IMG/VR virus record: IMGVR_UViG_3300003471_000084
Location: 1 to 62,083 of that record
Source: a virus
Taxonomy: Duplodnaviria > Caudoviricetes
Direction: 5' to 3' (one strand)
Length of the DNA stretch: 62,083 nt
Shown here: positions 35,261 to 45,303 of the stretch, in pieces
How positions within the stretch are numbered: the first letter of the stretch is position 1
How the letters are laid out: each line of letters begins with the position of its first letter
The notes under the pieces: generated by a model
Told to the model about the DNA's origin: nothing
Databases searched by the model: none
What the model saw: the letters and a program-made list of their open reading frames with translations, nothing else
Program-made: the position numbers and the translations under genes

Positions 35261-35629
35261 ATGGAGAGTATCCTGACTTCAATTAAGAAGTTACTCGGAA
35301 TTGCAGAAGAGTACACACATTTCGATGCGGATCTCATTATGCACATCAATTCTGCGTTCTCAATTCTGACTCAGATTGGTGTAGGTCCGACCGAAGGATT
35401 CTCCATTCAGGATGAAGATGCCAAGTGGACAGACTTTATACCCAAGACTCCGAAGTTGGAAATGATAAAGTCATACATACATCAGAAAGTTAAGCTTCTC
35501 TTTGATCCTCCTACCAGTTCCGCAGTAATCGAGGCCACGAATCGGATGACGAGCGAGCTTGAGTGGAGAATTCAGGTTGCAGTCGATCCGATTAAATCTG
35601 AGAGTAAGGAGGAAATTCAAAATGAGTAA
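35261..35629 (+). CDS. Head-tail connector protein
   Basis: SILTSIKKLLG...FDADL...ELEWRI; position. Confidence 0.65.
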   Translation: MESILTSIKKLLGIAEEYTHFDADLIMHINSAFSILTQIGVGPTEGFSIQDEDAKWTDFIPKTPKLEMIKSYIHQKVKLLFDPPTSSAVIEATNRMTSELEWRIQVAVDPIKSESKEEIQNE

Positions 35630-35990
35630 TAACTTTATAGCTCACCACGGCATCCTCGGAATGAAATGGGGAGTCCGAAGAACCCAAGCTCAGCTCACAA
35701 GATCCAGAGGACGTTCTTCAACCGAAGAATCGCATGAGGATTACAAGAAATCCCATACATCGAAGAGCGTTAAATCTATGAGTGATACTGAGCTTCGTAG
35801 TAGGCTCAATCGTATCCAGATGGAGCGACAGTATTCTCAGTTGTCCGAAGCAAATGTTAGCCAGGGAAAAGCATTTGCACAAAAATTCCTTAAAGGTGCT
35901 ACTACTGTCGCTACCGTCACAACAACTGCTATCACGCTCTACAACAATTACGAGAAAATCAAGGGAATTCTTGAGAAGATCAAGAATTAG
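35622..35990 (+). CDS. HHGILGMKWG-motif (DUF7211-like) protein 1
   Basis: N-terminal IAHHGILGMKWGVRR. Confidence 0.75.
   Translation: MSNNFIAHHGILGMKWGVRRTQAQLTRSRGRSSTEESHEDYKKSHTSKSVKSMSDTELRSRLNRIQMERQYSQLSEANVSQGKAFAQKFLKGATTVATVTTTAITLYNNYEKIKGILEKIKN
35641..35696 (+). repeat. 56-bp perfect direct repeat, copy 1
   Basis: Identical to 37780-37835. Confidence 0.9.
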
Positions 35991-36000
35991 GTGAACAATC

Positions 36001-37746
36001 ATGGCGTTATCGAACACTGCCGTACCAAAATATTACGGCATGTTTCGAGATGCCGTAATTCGAGGAGAGATACCGGTATGTAAGGAAATCTCTATGGAGA
36101 TGAATCGTATCGACGATCTCATAGCCAATCCAGGTGTTTTCTACGATGATCAAGCTGTCGAGGGATTTATCGAGTATTGTGAGAATGAACTGACTTTGAC
36201 AGATGGCGCAGACCTCACTCTTCTCGACACTTTCAAAGTATGGGCTGAGCAAATCTTCGGATGGTATTATTTCGAAGAACGAAGTGTCTATGAGCCGTAT
36301 CCAGATGGGCACGGTGGCCGCTACGTCAACAAGACTATCAAGCGTAGGCTCATCAACAAACAATATCTGATCGTTGCCAGAGGTGCAGCGAAGTCGATGT
36401 ATGGGTCCTGTATTCAGAACTACGGTTTGAACGTGGACACAGCAACAACGCATCAGATAACCACTGCTCCAACAATGAAGCTGGCCGAAGAGGTTTTGTC
36501 TCCAATACGAACTGCTATCGTGCGATCGCGTGGTCCACTTTACAAGTTTCTAACCGATGGCTCATTGCAGAATACCACGGGATCAAAAGCGAATCGAGTG
36601 AAGCTTGCCGCCACAAAAAAGGGTGTTGAGAATTTTCTAACTGGTTCTTTGCTAGAAATCCGACCAATGAGTATCAATAAGCTTCAAGGTCTAAGGTCTA
36701 AGTACAACACGGTAGATGAATGGCTTTCGGGCGACATTCGAGAGGATGTTGTTGGCGCTATCGAACAAGGAGCATCCAAGGTTGACGACTACCTCATCGT
36801 TGCAATGAGTTCCGAAGGTACGGTCCGTAATGGAGCCGGCGATACAATCAAAATGGAGTTGATGGAAATCCTTAAGGGCGACTACATAGCCCCTAATGTG
36901 TCCATTTGGTACTATAAGCTCGATTCTATCGACGAGGTATCTGATCCTGATATGTGGCCGAAAGCCAATCCAAATATCGGAAAGACTGTCAGCTACGAGA
37001 CTTATCAGCGTGACGTCGAAAGAGCGGAAAAAGCTCCAGCAGCACGGAACGACATTTTAGCAAAGCGCTTCGGTATTCCCATGGAAGGCTACACTTATTA
37101 TTTTACATATGAGGAGACCCTTCCACACAAGAGACGGAAATACTGGCAAATGCCTTGTTCGCTCGGTGCGGATCTTTCGCAGGGTGACGACTTCTGTGCG
37201 TTTACATTTCTATTTCCTCTACCAAGAGGTGCTTTCGGGATAAAAACTCGAAACTACATTTCTTCATTAACCCTGATGAAACTCCCAGCCGCGATGCGAA
37301 TTAAATATGATAAATTCATGGCTGAGGGCAGTCTCGTTGTTCTTGAGGGAACAGTGTTAGACATGATGCAGGTTTATGAAGACTTGGATAATCATATAAC
37401 CGAATGTAATTACGATGTTCGATGTTTTGGATTTGACCCCTACAACGCCAAAGAGTTCGTTGAAAGGTGGCAATCCGAAAACGGTCCATTCGGTATCGAG
37501 AAAGTTATACAGGGAGCCAAAACAGAATCCGTTCCTTTGGGTGAGTTAAAGAAACTTTCCGAGGAGCGGATGCTTTTATTTGACGAGGATTTAATGACCT
37601 TCGCCATGGGCAACTGTATAACTCTTGAGGACACGAATGGAAATCGAAAACTGCTTAAAAAGCGATATGATCAGAAAATCGATGCGGTTGCCGCTATGAT
37701 GGATGCTTATATCGCTTACAAGCTTAACAAAGATGCTTTTGAGTAA
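36001..37746 (+). CDS. terL: Terminase large subunit
   Basis: ARGAAKS Walker A, VDEW Walker B, GADLS nuclease motif, FDPYN, KIDAVAA. Confidence 0.92.
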   Translation: MALSNTAVPKYYGMFRDAVIRGEIPVCKEISMEMNRIDDLIANPGVFYDDQAVEGFIEYCENELTLTDGADLTLLDTFKVWAEQIFGWYYFEERSVYEPYPDGHGGRYVNKTIKRRLINKQYLIVARGAAKSMYGSCIQNYGLNVDTATTHQITTAPTMKLAEEVLSPIRTAIVRSRGPLYKFLTDGSLQNTTGSKANRVKLAATKKGVENFLTGSLLEIRPMSINKLQGLRSKYNTVDEWLSGDIREDVVGAIEQGASKVDDYLIVAMSSEGTVRNGAGDTIKMELMEILKGDYIAPNVSIWYYKLDSIDEVSDPDMWPKANPNIGKTVSYETYQRDVERAEKAPAARNDILAKRFGIPMEGYTYYFTYEETLPHKRRKYWQMPCSLGADLSQGDDFCAFTFLFPLPRGAFGIKTRNYISSLTLMKLPAAMRIKYDKFMAEGSLVVLEGTVLDMMQVYEDLDNHITECNYDVRCFGFDPYNAKEFVERWQSENGPFGIEKVIQGAKTESVPLGELKKLSEERMLLFDEDLMTFAMGNCITLEDTNGNRKLLKKRYDQKIDAVAAMMDAYIAYKLNKDAFE

Positions 37747-37763
37747 AGGAGGTGGTGATTAAG

Positions 37764-38231
37764 ATGGATAATGCTTTGACTCACCACGGCATCCTCGGAA
37801 TGAAATGGGGAGTCCGAAGAACCCAAGCTCAGCTCGGTGGTCTTAGTAAAAAGGATAACCGATGGGTAAATCGCAACAGCGACAAGATAACCGATAAAGC
37901 TAAAAGAAAGTCTTCCACAGAGTTGGATAAGTATGCTAGCGAGCTTTTAAAAGATCCAAATGCCATAAACAAATCTGGAAAGCTCAGTGCTGCAACTATT
38001 AATTCTTATAATCGGAAGATGGCTTCGCTAATGAGCGAGAAGGTTTCCGGATTGACATCGCCTTCTGGAAAAGTGGTGCAATTCGTAGCTAAACGAGGAG
38101 AAGTCGGTGTCTTTATGGCGCTTGCCGATCAAGGCTACAACATGAATCAACTTCGAAATGGCATCTACGATTCGGGTAAAGTTGCCTACAAGAAAACCCT
38201 TATCGATAAAGTTGAAACCAGAAGGAGGTGA
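37764..38231 (+). CDS. HHGILGMKWG-motif (DUF7211-like) protein 2
   Basis: N-terminal LTHHGILGMKWGVRR. Confidence 0.75.
   Translation: MDNALTHHGILGMKWGVRRTQAQLGGLSKKDNRWVNRNSDKITDKAKRKSSTELDKYASELLKDPNAINKSGKLSAATINSYNRKMASLMSEKVSGLTSPSGKVVQFVAKRGEVGVFMALADQGYNMNQLRNGIYDSGKVAYKKTLIDKVETRRR
37780..37835 (+). repeat. 56-bp perfect direct repeat, copy 2
   Basis: Identical to 35641-35696. Confidence 0.9.
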
Positions 38232-38240
38232 TGATTCAAA

Positions 38241-40181
38241 ATGGAAATGCCGATTAGTTCCAGGCTGAAACATGCTTGGAACATTTTTATCAACAAAGAG
38301 CCTCCGAATTATCATCAGGATTCGGGAGCTGGCTACTACTCGAGACCGGATAGACCTAGACTTACTAGAGGTAACGAACAATCTATTGTAACTGCTGTCT
38401 ATAACCGTATCGCATTAGATGCCTCCTCAATAAATATCCGACACGTTCGGTTGGACGAAAACGGTCGCTACATATCCGGCATCAACTCTGGATTAAACGG
38501 CTGTCTCTCTTTGGAAGCAAACATGGATCAGACAGGTCGTTCTTTTATTCAAGACGTAGTAATGTCAATGCTGGACGAAGGAAGTGTCGCTATTGTTCCG
38601 ATCGATACAACTTTCAACCCGACGCTCACCAGTGCTTACGACATCAATTCGATGCGAACTGGTAAAATCTTGGAATGGTATCCAAAACATATCAAGGTTA
38701 GGCTCTATAATGACACAACAGGGTTGAAAGAAGACAAGCTGGTTCCGAAAAGTATAGCGGCGATTATAGAGAATCCCCTATATGCGGTTATCAACGAATC
38801 AAATTCTACAATGAAGCGCTTGGTTCGAAAACTGAATCTTTTGGATTTGATCGATGAGCAGAGCGGTTCTGGTAAATTAGATTTGATTATCCAGCTACCC
38901 TATGTTATCAAGACCGAAGCAAGGCGTCAACAAGCCGATAATCGGCGTAAAGATATCGAAGATCAGTTGTCTGGTTCGAAGTATGGTATTGCTTATACCG
39001 ATGGTACAGAGCGTATCACACAGTTGAATCGTCCCGTCGAGAACAATCTAATGAAGCAGATTGAATACCTAACGAGTATGCTATATAGCCAGTTAGGAAT
39101 CACTCAGAGCATCTTGGATGGTACTGCTGACGATAAAACGATGCTCAACTACTATAACCGAACGATTGAGCCTATTCTTTCGGCTATTGTTGATGAAATG
39201 AAGCGAAAGTTTCTAACAAAAACAGCTCGGTCACAATTCCAATCGATTTCCTTCTTTAGAGACCCGTTCAAACTTGTTCCTGTCTCGGAAATTTCTGAAA
39301 TCGCCGACAAGTTTACAAGAAACGAGATCATGTCTTCCAATGAAATCCGACAGATTATCGGTCTAAAACCGTCTGACGATCCAAAAGCCGATGAACTCAG
39401 AAATAAGAATCTGAACCAATCTGCGGAGACTCTGGCGGAAGAGGAAACCAAAGGGGGAGAAATCGACGAAGATCAAGGAATGACAAGAGAAGAATACGAA
39501 GCGGCCATTTCGGATTTGGACGATTTGGATGCACAACTGGATGAAATCGAACAGGAGCTTGATGACGATGAAAAAGATCTAAAACACTATGCGAGCCCGT
39601 ACTACGATCCTGTAAAAGCTCATGAATATTATCTGAAAAACCGGGAATTGACAGGTCGGAAATCCACCGCCAAACTTAACGACGCTGGAAAAAATGCAGC
39701 TCAATATGTTAAGGAGAGGCTTACGACCGAACGGAAAAGCCGAGTTCAATCCCATAAAGATCAGACGGATTCTCAAATTGAGCGTCTACGAGATCAAAAA
39801 CAGGCCAACGTAGAATCTCATCGTAACGCCATGCAAGGTAAGATTGATGATTTGAGAAATTTTCTTAAAGGTATGAGCAAAGAGCAAAGAGCTCAGAACA
39901 AGGAGAAAATTTACAATGTCATTGCTTCCCTTCGCGAGGACAACAAGCGAGAGCGTATTCGCTTACAGGCGGAGTTCAAAGCTTCTAGCAATTCTTTGCG
40001 TTCTGATCACAAAACCGAGCGAACTCGTTTGAAAGATGAGTACGACGAAAAGTACATCCAGGAGTTGGACAAGATTCGTTCGGACTCAAGCTTTAAAAAA
40101 GCTTCGAAGAAAAGCGGAAAGTCCAAAGATCCCAAATCGAAGTTGGCTAAATACATGATAAAAGGAGGAAATTCAAAATGA
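38241..40181 (+). CDS. Portal protein with ~250-aa C-terminal extension
   Basis: HK97-like portal ending SSNEIRQIIGLKP; acidic linker, then LKHYASPYYDP and a basic coiled coil. Confidence 0.85.
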   Translation: MEMPISSRLKHAWNIFINKEPPNYHQDSGAGYYSRPDRPRLTRGNEQSIVTAVYNRIALDASSINIRHVRLDENGRYISGINSGLNGCLSLEANMDQTGRSFIQDVVMSMLDEGSVAIVPIDTTFNPTLTSAYDINSMRTGKILEWYPKHIKVRLYNDTTGLKEDKLVPKSIAAIIENPLYAVINESNSTMKRLVRKLNLLDLIDEQSGSGKLDLIIQLPYVIKTEARRQQADNRRKDIEDQLSGSKYGIAYTDGTERITQLNRPVENNLMKQIEYLTSMLYSQLGITQSILDGTADDKTMLNYYNRTIEPILSAIVDEMKRKFLTKTARSQFQSISFFRDPFKLVPVSEISEIADKFTRNEIMSSNEIRQIIGLKPSDDPKADELRNKNLNQSAETLAEEETKGGEIDEDQGMTREEYEAAISDLDDLDAQLDEIEQELDDDEKDLKHYASPYYDPVKAHEYYLKNRELTGRKSTAKLNDAGKNAAQYVKERLTTERKSRVQSHKDQTDSQIERLRDQKQANVESHRNAMQGKIDDLRNFLKGMSKEQRAQNKEKIYNVIASLREDNKRERIRLQAEFKASSNSLRSDHKTERTRLKDEYDEKYIQELDKIRSDSSFKKASKKSGKSKDPKSKLAKYMIKGGNSK

Positions 40182-41980
40182 AGAAATTCGATTTCAGTGG
40201 CTGGGCTACTCGAAATAATCTTAAATGCTCAGATGGGCGAACCATCATGAAAGATGCATTTAAGCATCTTGACGGGAAGACGGTTCCTATTGTGTGGAAC
40301 CACCAGCACAACGACCCTCTTAACGTTCTTGGGCACGCTTTACTCGAGAATCGCGACGAGGGTGTTTATACTTACGGCACGTTTAATGACACAGAATCCG
40401 GAAGAAATGCAAAGCTTTTGGTCGAGCATGGGGACGTAACCGCGCTTTCCATTTGGGCAAACCAACTAAAACAGCAAGGGGCGAACGTGCTTCACGGGGA
40501 AATTCGTGAACTGAGCCTTGTTCTGGCCGGGGCAAACCCCGGGGCATTCATCGATTCTGTGATGGCTCATGGAGAGGAATCTGAAGAGGAAGCTATCATC
40601 TACACAGGTGAGAATATTTCTCTGTTCCATGCCGAAGAGCAAAAAGCTCCTCCTTCTGAGGAGAAGAAAGAACCTGAAAAGCAGGAAAAGAAGCCTGAGG
40701 GCGAAAAAACAGTCGCCGATGTATTCAACACGCTCAATGAAGAGCAAAAGACCGTTGTTTATGCAATGATCGGACAAGCCCTTGAGAGTGATAACAATGA
40801 AGAATCTAAAGGAGGAAACGAAACTATGAAACACAATCTCTTTGATAAGGACACTCAGACGGACAAAAACGTGCTGAGCCATTCTGACCAGCAGGACATC
40901 ATTACCTTGGCCAAGTCTAACAGCGTGGGAAGTTTTAGCCGTGCTATGGACATTTATGTCGAGAACAATAAGGAAACCATGGCACATGGGATCGACAGCA
41001 TCGAAACTTTGTTCCCGGATTTCAAGGATGTTCGTCCTGGCGCTCCGGAAATGCTTACCACCGACCAGGGCTGGATTGCCAGAGTTATGGCCAAGGTTCA
41101 CAAGAGCCCTATCTCTCGTATCCGTACTCGTCAAGCTGACGTTCGTGACATCACAAACCTTCGTGCGAAGGGTTACGTGAAGAGCGCTGAAAAGAAGTAC
41201 GCCGGCAACATCAAACTGGTGTCTCGTACTACTGATCCGCAGACCGTCTATGTTAAGTCGAAACTGGATCGCGATGATATCATCGACATTGTTGATTTCG
41301 ACGTTGTTCAGTATATGTACGGCATTGATCGTATGAATATGAACGAGGAACTTGCTCGTGCCATTATGCTTGGCGATGGGCGTGAAGACGGTGAAGACGG
41401 AAAGATTAGTGCGGATCATATTCGTCCGGTCTGGACCGATGACGAACTTTACACGATCCACGCCGATGTTGATGTTGCGAAGATGCGCACTGAGCTTCAG
41501 GGCACGAGTACCGCGGCTAACTTCGGTGACAACTACATCTATGCCGAAACCATCATCCAGACCTTGCTCTATGCCCGCGAGAAGTATAAGGGCTCTGGCT
41601 CTCCCGACTTCTACTGCACACCGCACCTTCTGAACGTGATGCTGCTTGCGAGAGACCTGAACGGCCGTCGCATTTACGACAATGTCAATGAGCTGAAGGC
41701 TGCGCTGAATGTCGGCGAAATCATCACTGCTGAGCAGTTTGAAGGTCAGATTCGTACTACGGCTGACAATAAGAAAAAGAAGCTGCTCGGTATCATGTAC
41801 AACCTGGCAGATTACTCTCTTGGCGCGACAAAGGGTGGCGAGATCACACATTTCACTGATTTTGATATCGACTTCAACCAGCAGAAGAGTCTTCTGGAAA
41901 CCCGTTGTTCCGGCGCCAACACTCGCGTCCTCTCTGCCATCGCTCTTGAAGAGGACGTTACAGGCGGAGCCCAAGGTTAA
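40178..41980 (+). CDS. Prohead protease - major capsid protein fusion
   Basis: WNHQH, ALSI, ELSLVLAGANPGA protease motifs; capsid-like C-terminal part; in-frame internal RBS and ATG at 40826. Confidence 0.88.
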   Translation: MKKFDFSGWATRNNLKCSDGRTIMKDAFKHLDGKTVPIVWNHQHNDPLNVLGHALLENRDEGVYTYGTFNDTESGRNAKLLVEHGDVTALSIWANQLKQQGANVLHGEIRELSLVLAGANPGAFIDSVMAHGEESEEEAIIYTGENISLFHAEEQKAPPSEEKKEPEKQEKKPEGEKTVADVFNTLNEEQKTVVYAMIGQALESDNNEESKGGNETMKHNLFDKDTQTDKNVLSHSDQQDIITLAKSNSVGSFSRAMDIYVENNKETMAHGIDSIETLFPDFKDVRPGAPEMLTTDQGWIARVMAKVHKSPISRIRTRQADVRDITNLRAKGYVKSAEKKYAGNIKLVSRTTDPQTVYVKSKLDRDDIIDIVDFDVVQYMYGIDRMNMNEELARAIMLGDGREDGEDGKISADHIRPVWTDDELYTIHADVDVAKMRTELQGTSTAANFGDNYIYAETIIQTLLYAREKYKGSGSPDFYCTPHLLNVMLLARDLNGRRIYDNVNELKAALNVGEIITAEQFEGQIRTTADNKKKKLLGIMYNLADYSLGATKGGEITHFTDFDIDFNQQKSLLETRCSGANTRVLSAIALEEDVTGGAQG

Positions 41981-41999
41981 ACAGTAAAGGAGATTCAAA

Positions 42000-42317
42000 A
42001 TGGCGAAATGGTATGGAGTAATCGGCTTCAATGAAATGGTCGAGACTGTTCCTGGCGTGTATGAAGGACAAATCACCGAGCATCCGTACTATGGTGATTT
42101 GATTCGAAACGCAAGAAAGCTTCAGTCTTCCGATCAACTCAACGACAACATCAATGTTGCGAATGATATTAGCATTGTGGCCGATCCATTCGCCAATCAG
42201 AACTTCCATTCAATGTTGTACGTTGAGTTTATGGGTGCTAAATGGAAAATAACCAACGTTGAAGTTCAGTATCCAAGACTTATTCTCAGTATTGGGGGTG
42301 TTTATAATGGCGGATAG
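42000..42317 (+). CDS. Head closure / head-tail adaptor
   Basis: Position, size, WKITNVE beta-rich motif. Confidence 0.6.
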   Translation: MAKWYGVIGFNEMVETVPGVYEGQITEHPYYGDLIRNARKLQSSDQLNDNINVANDISIVADPFANQNFHSMLYVEFMGAKWKITNVEVQYPRLILSIGGVYNGG

Positions 42318-42612
42318 ACTTCAACTTCATGAGGTCTTGTGCGGAATTCTTAGTACAAGAAACGCCTATTTTCAACCCCCAGCATCAGTTCAGATGAAAT
42401 ACCCCGCCATCGTTTACGGTCTTGATGATATCAAGAACACGTTCGCGAATGACGGGGTTTATTCGTCTTTAAGGAGATATTCGGTTACGGTCATTGACAA
42501 AAATCCGGATAGTCCTATTGTTGGTCGAGTTGCTGCTCTTCCGACTTGCCGTTTTAATCGGCATTACGAAAAAGACAATCTAAATCATGATGTCTTTACC
42601 ATCTACTTTTAA
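42307..42612 (+). CDS. Tail terminator-like protein
   Basis: YFQPP...YPAIVY motif; position. Confidence 0.6.
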   Translation: MADRLQLHEVLCGILSTRNAYFQPPASVQMKYPAIVYGLDDIKNTFANDGVYSSLRRYSVTVIDKNPDSPIVGRVAALPTCRFNRHYEKDNLNHDVFTIYF

Positions 42613-42626
42613 AGGAGGAACTAAAA

Positions 42627-43286
42627 ATGGCAAAACTTATTTGGGATGAAATCAGTAAGCGTTTTTACGAAACTGGTGTTAGCCAAGGCGTTCTTTACCC
42701 GACTAAGACCGGGGGAACATATGACAAGGGTGTGGTTTGGAACGGTTTGATTTCCGTTACCGAGAGCCCCACTGGCGCGGAGCCGACTAAGCTTTACGCG
42801 AGCAATATCAACTATTTGACGATGGTGTCGGCGGAAGAACTCGGCGTTACCATCGAGGCATACACATATCCCGACGAATTCATGGCGTGTGATGGTTCCG
42901 CAGAAATTGCTCTCGGTGTTACGATTGGACAGCAGAATCGCAAAACTTTTGGTCTGTCCTATAAGACGCTCCTTGGCAACGATACTGAGGGGAACGAATA
43001 CGGCTACAAGCTGCATCTTCTTTATGGCGGTTTGGCTTCTCCTTCCGAAAAGGGTTATTCCAGTATCAACGATAGCCCCGAAGCTATCACCTTCTCTTGG
43101 GAAGTCGCAACCACCCCGGTTCCTGTAACTGGATTCAAACCTACCGCTCTCTTGACGATCGATTCCACGAAAGTTGAAGCTGTGAAGTTGAAAGCTATCG
43201 AAGACGTTCTCTATGGTAGCGAGAGCGAAGAGCCGAAACTTCTGCTGCCCGACGAAATTATCACTATGCTTGGAGCAGCGGGCTAA
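42627..43286 (+). CDS. Major tail protein
   Basis: YETGV...WNGL...EAYTYP...FGLSY...GYKLHL; followed by terminator 43317-43360. Confidence 0.85.
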   Translation: MAKLIWDEISKRFYETGVSQGVLYPTKTGGTYDKGVVWNGLISVTESPTGAEPTKLYASNINYLTMVSAEELGVTIEAYTYPDEFMACDGSAEIALGVTIGQQNRKTFGLSYKTLLGNDTEGNEYGYKLHLLYGGLASPSEKGYSSINDSPEAITFSWEVATTPVPVTGFKPTALLTIDSTKVEAVKLKAIEDVLYGSESEEPKLLLPDEIITMLGAAG

Positions 43287-43377
43287 TATCAAAATTCTAA
43301 TATTCAAAACCATCATGGGAGTCGTATTCAGTTTGGCTGGCGGCTCCCTCTTTTTTATTTTAAAGGAGAAATTTACC

Positions 43378-43770
43378 ATGTTGAAAAAAACTATTACCTA
43401 CCCCGATTACAACGGTGTCGAGAGGACCGAAGACTTTTACTTCAATCTTTCCGAGGCTGAGGTCATGGAGATGGAGATGAGCACCAGCGGTGGAGTCACC
43501 GAAATGCTCAATAGGATTGTTGCGGCACAAGATCAGCCTTCGCTCATTAAATTCTTCAAAGAGTTTATCCTCAAGACCTACGGCGAGAAGAGTCCTGATG
43601 GCAAGAGGTTCGTCAAGTCTGACGAGATTTCTGCGGCATTTTCTCAGACAGAGGCGTATTCTCAACTCTTTATGGAGTTGGCCTCAAGTGTAGAGGCCGC
43701 CTCAAATTTTGCAAATGGCGTCCTTCCTCAAGGAAAAGCCGCCAAACCGACGCTACTTCCGACCACTTAA
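43378..43770 (+). CDS. Tail assembly chaperone
   Basis: Position after major tail protein; YGEKSPDGKRF motif. Confidence 0.65.
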   Translation: MLKKTITYPDYNGVERTEDFYFNLSEAEVMEMEMSTSGGVTEMLNRIVAAQDQPSLIKFFKEFILKTYGEKSPDGKRFVKSDEISAAFSQTEAYSQLFMELASSVEAASNFANGVLPQGKAAKPTLLPTT

Positions 43771-43797
43771 TCAGAACAATGACAGGAGGTTTGAGAG

Positions 43798-44340
43798 ATG
43801 CTTCAACTCACGATATCAGCCGTCGAACAATGGGACGAACAAAAGCAAGAGTTCGTCCACTCAAAAGGGCAGACGTTGCAATTGGAGCATTCTCTCGTCT
43901 CCCTTTCAAAATGGGAATCCAAATGGTGCAAAGCGTTTCTCTCCAAAAAGGAAAAATCGTTCGAAGAAACCCTGGATTACATTAAAAGCATGACAATCAC
44001 ACAGAACGTCGATCCAGAGGTGTACCAATACCTCACAAACGCAAACATCGACCAAGTGAACAAATACATCGAAGCTCCAATGACTGCTACTTATTTCTTA
44101 GAGGATAAGAGCGGCCGGTCCAGTAATGAGCAGGTCACAGCGGAGCTTATTTATTATTGGATGATCGCATTGAACATCCCATTTGAGTGCCAGAAATGGC
44201 ATCTTAACCGTCTTCTTACTCTTATTAGGGTTTGCAATCTTAAAAACAAGACCCCCAAAAAAATGAGTAAGAAAGAAATTATGAACCGCAATACAGCTTT
44301 GAATGCGGCTCGTAGACAGCAATTAAATACGAAAGGGTGA
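43798..44340 (+). CDS. Second tail assembly chaperone-like protein
   Basis: LEHSLVSLSKWE...WHLNRLLTLI; position. Confidence 0.55.
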   Translation: MLQLTISAVEQWDEQKQEFVHSKGQTLQLEHSLVSLSKWESKWCKAFLSKKEKSFEETLDYIKSMTITQNVDPEVYQYLTNANIDQVNKYIEAPMTATYFLEDKSGRSSNEQVTAELIYYWMIALNIPFECQKWHLNRLLTLIRVCNLKNKTPKKMSKKEIMNRNTALNAARRQQLNTKG

Positions 44341-44522
44341 TAACTATGAAACTCAATTATCGTTACCACAACGGCGAAATTGACGACGATTTGCCATATG
44401 TGGGCGAATTAAAATTGGATACAGAAAGTGGAAAAGTTTATGACGAAGATGGTGACGTATTGGACGCTGAAACTTTTCTAAGCTTCTGCGCAGGCGGAGA
44501 TGGGAGGGATAAAGATGAGTAA
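44337..44522 (+). CDS. Small acidic hypothetical protein
   Basis: Coupled between neighbours. Confidence 0.5.
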   Translation: MITMKLNYRYHNGEIDDDLPYVGELKLDTESGKVYDEDGDVLDAETFLSFCAGGDGRDKDE

Positions 44523-45291
44523 TAGTCCCTTAGTGGCATACACAAAGATATCCGCATTTAAGAGTACGCCACGCAACAAGACAATAACAAAAATCACTCC
44601 GCACCATGTTGCCGGCAATCTCACAGTCGAATCGACGGGGCAGGTATTCCAAACCCCCGGACGAAATGCCTCCTCGAATTATGGCATCGGCTCGGATGGG
44701 CGAATTGGAATGTACGTAGAAGAGAAAGATCGCTCTTGGTGCAGCAGCAGTGCAGCGAATGATAATGCCGCCTTGACGATTGAGGTGGCTAATAATAGCG
44801 GAAGTCCTAACTGGACCGTATCAGACGCAGCTTGGGAAGCCCTGGTAAAACTATGCGTCGATATGTGTAAAAGAAATCCCGGTATCAAGCAAAAGGACGG
44901 CCGGCCCGGTATTTATTGCGATGACACACCAAATGCTTCGCTTACCTTTCATCGATATTTTTCAGCCACTGGTTGTGCGCAACCGTATATCTGGAATAAA
45001 CGCCAGCAACTATGCGAGGAAGTCAATAAGCGGCTCGGTGCAACTGGCTCGTCTGCTCCACCTACTTCTCCAGTCGAAAACAATAAAATTATTCCATATC
45101 TCGTTAACGTAACTGCAAACGTCCTTAACATTCGAAAAGGGCCAGGAACAAACTACGGTCTTACTGGAAGTATCAAGGATAAAGGAACCTATACCATTGT
45201 CGAGGAAAGCAATGGTCCCGGGGCTAAGAAGTGGGGGAAACTCAAAAGCGGCGCCGGCTGGATCAGCCTTGATTATTGTCAGCGCAGATAA
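44515..45291 (+). CDS. N-acetylmuramoyl-L-alanine amidase (Amidase_2) with C-terminal SH3b
   Basis: ITPHH, SSNYGIG, RSWCS, TIEV, HR...TGC; LNIRKGPGT...GWISL. Confidence 0.85.
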   Translation: MSNSPLVAYTKISAFKSTPRNKTITKITPHHVAGNLTVESTGQVFQTPGRNASSNYGIGSDGRIGMYVEEKDRSWCSSSAANDNAALTIEVANNSGSPNWTVSDAAWEALVKLCVDMCKRNPGIKQKDGRPGIYCDDTPNASLTFHRYFSATGCAQPYIWNKRQQLCEEVNKRLGATGSSAPPTSPVENNKIIPYLVNVTANVLNIRKGPGTNYGLTGSIKDKGTYTIVEESNGPGAKKWGKLKSGAGWISLDYCQRR

Positions 45292-45303
45292 GGAGAATTC
45301 AAC

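Noticed and set aside
40466-42076. 536-aa minus-strand ORF antisense to the capsid gene
   Set aside because: No motifs; explained by codon bias of a highly expressed sense gene
43740-43800. Programmed frameshift between tail chaperones
   Set aside because: No clear slippery heptamer; the second gene has its own RBS AGGAGG
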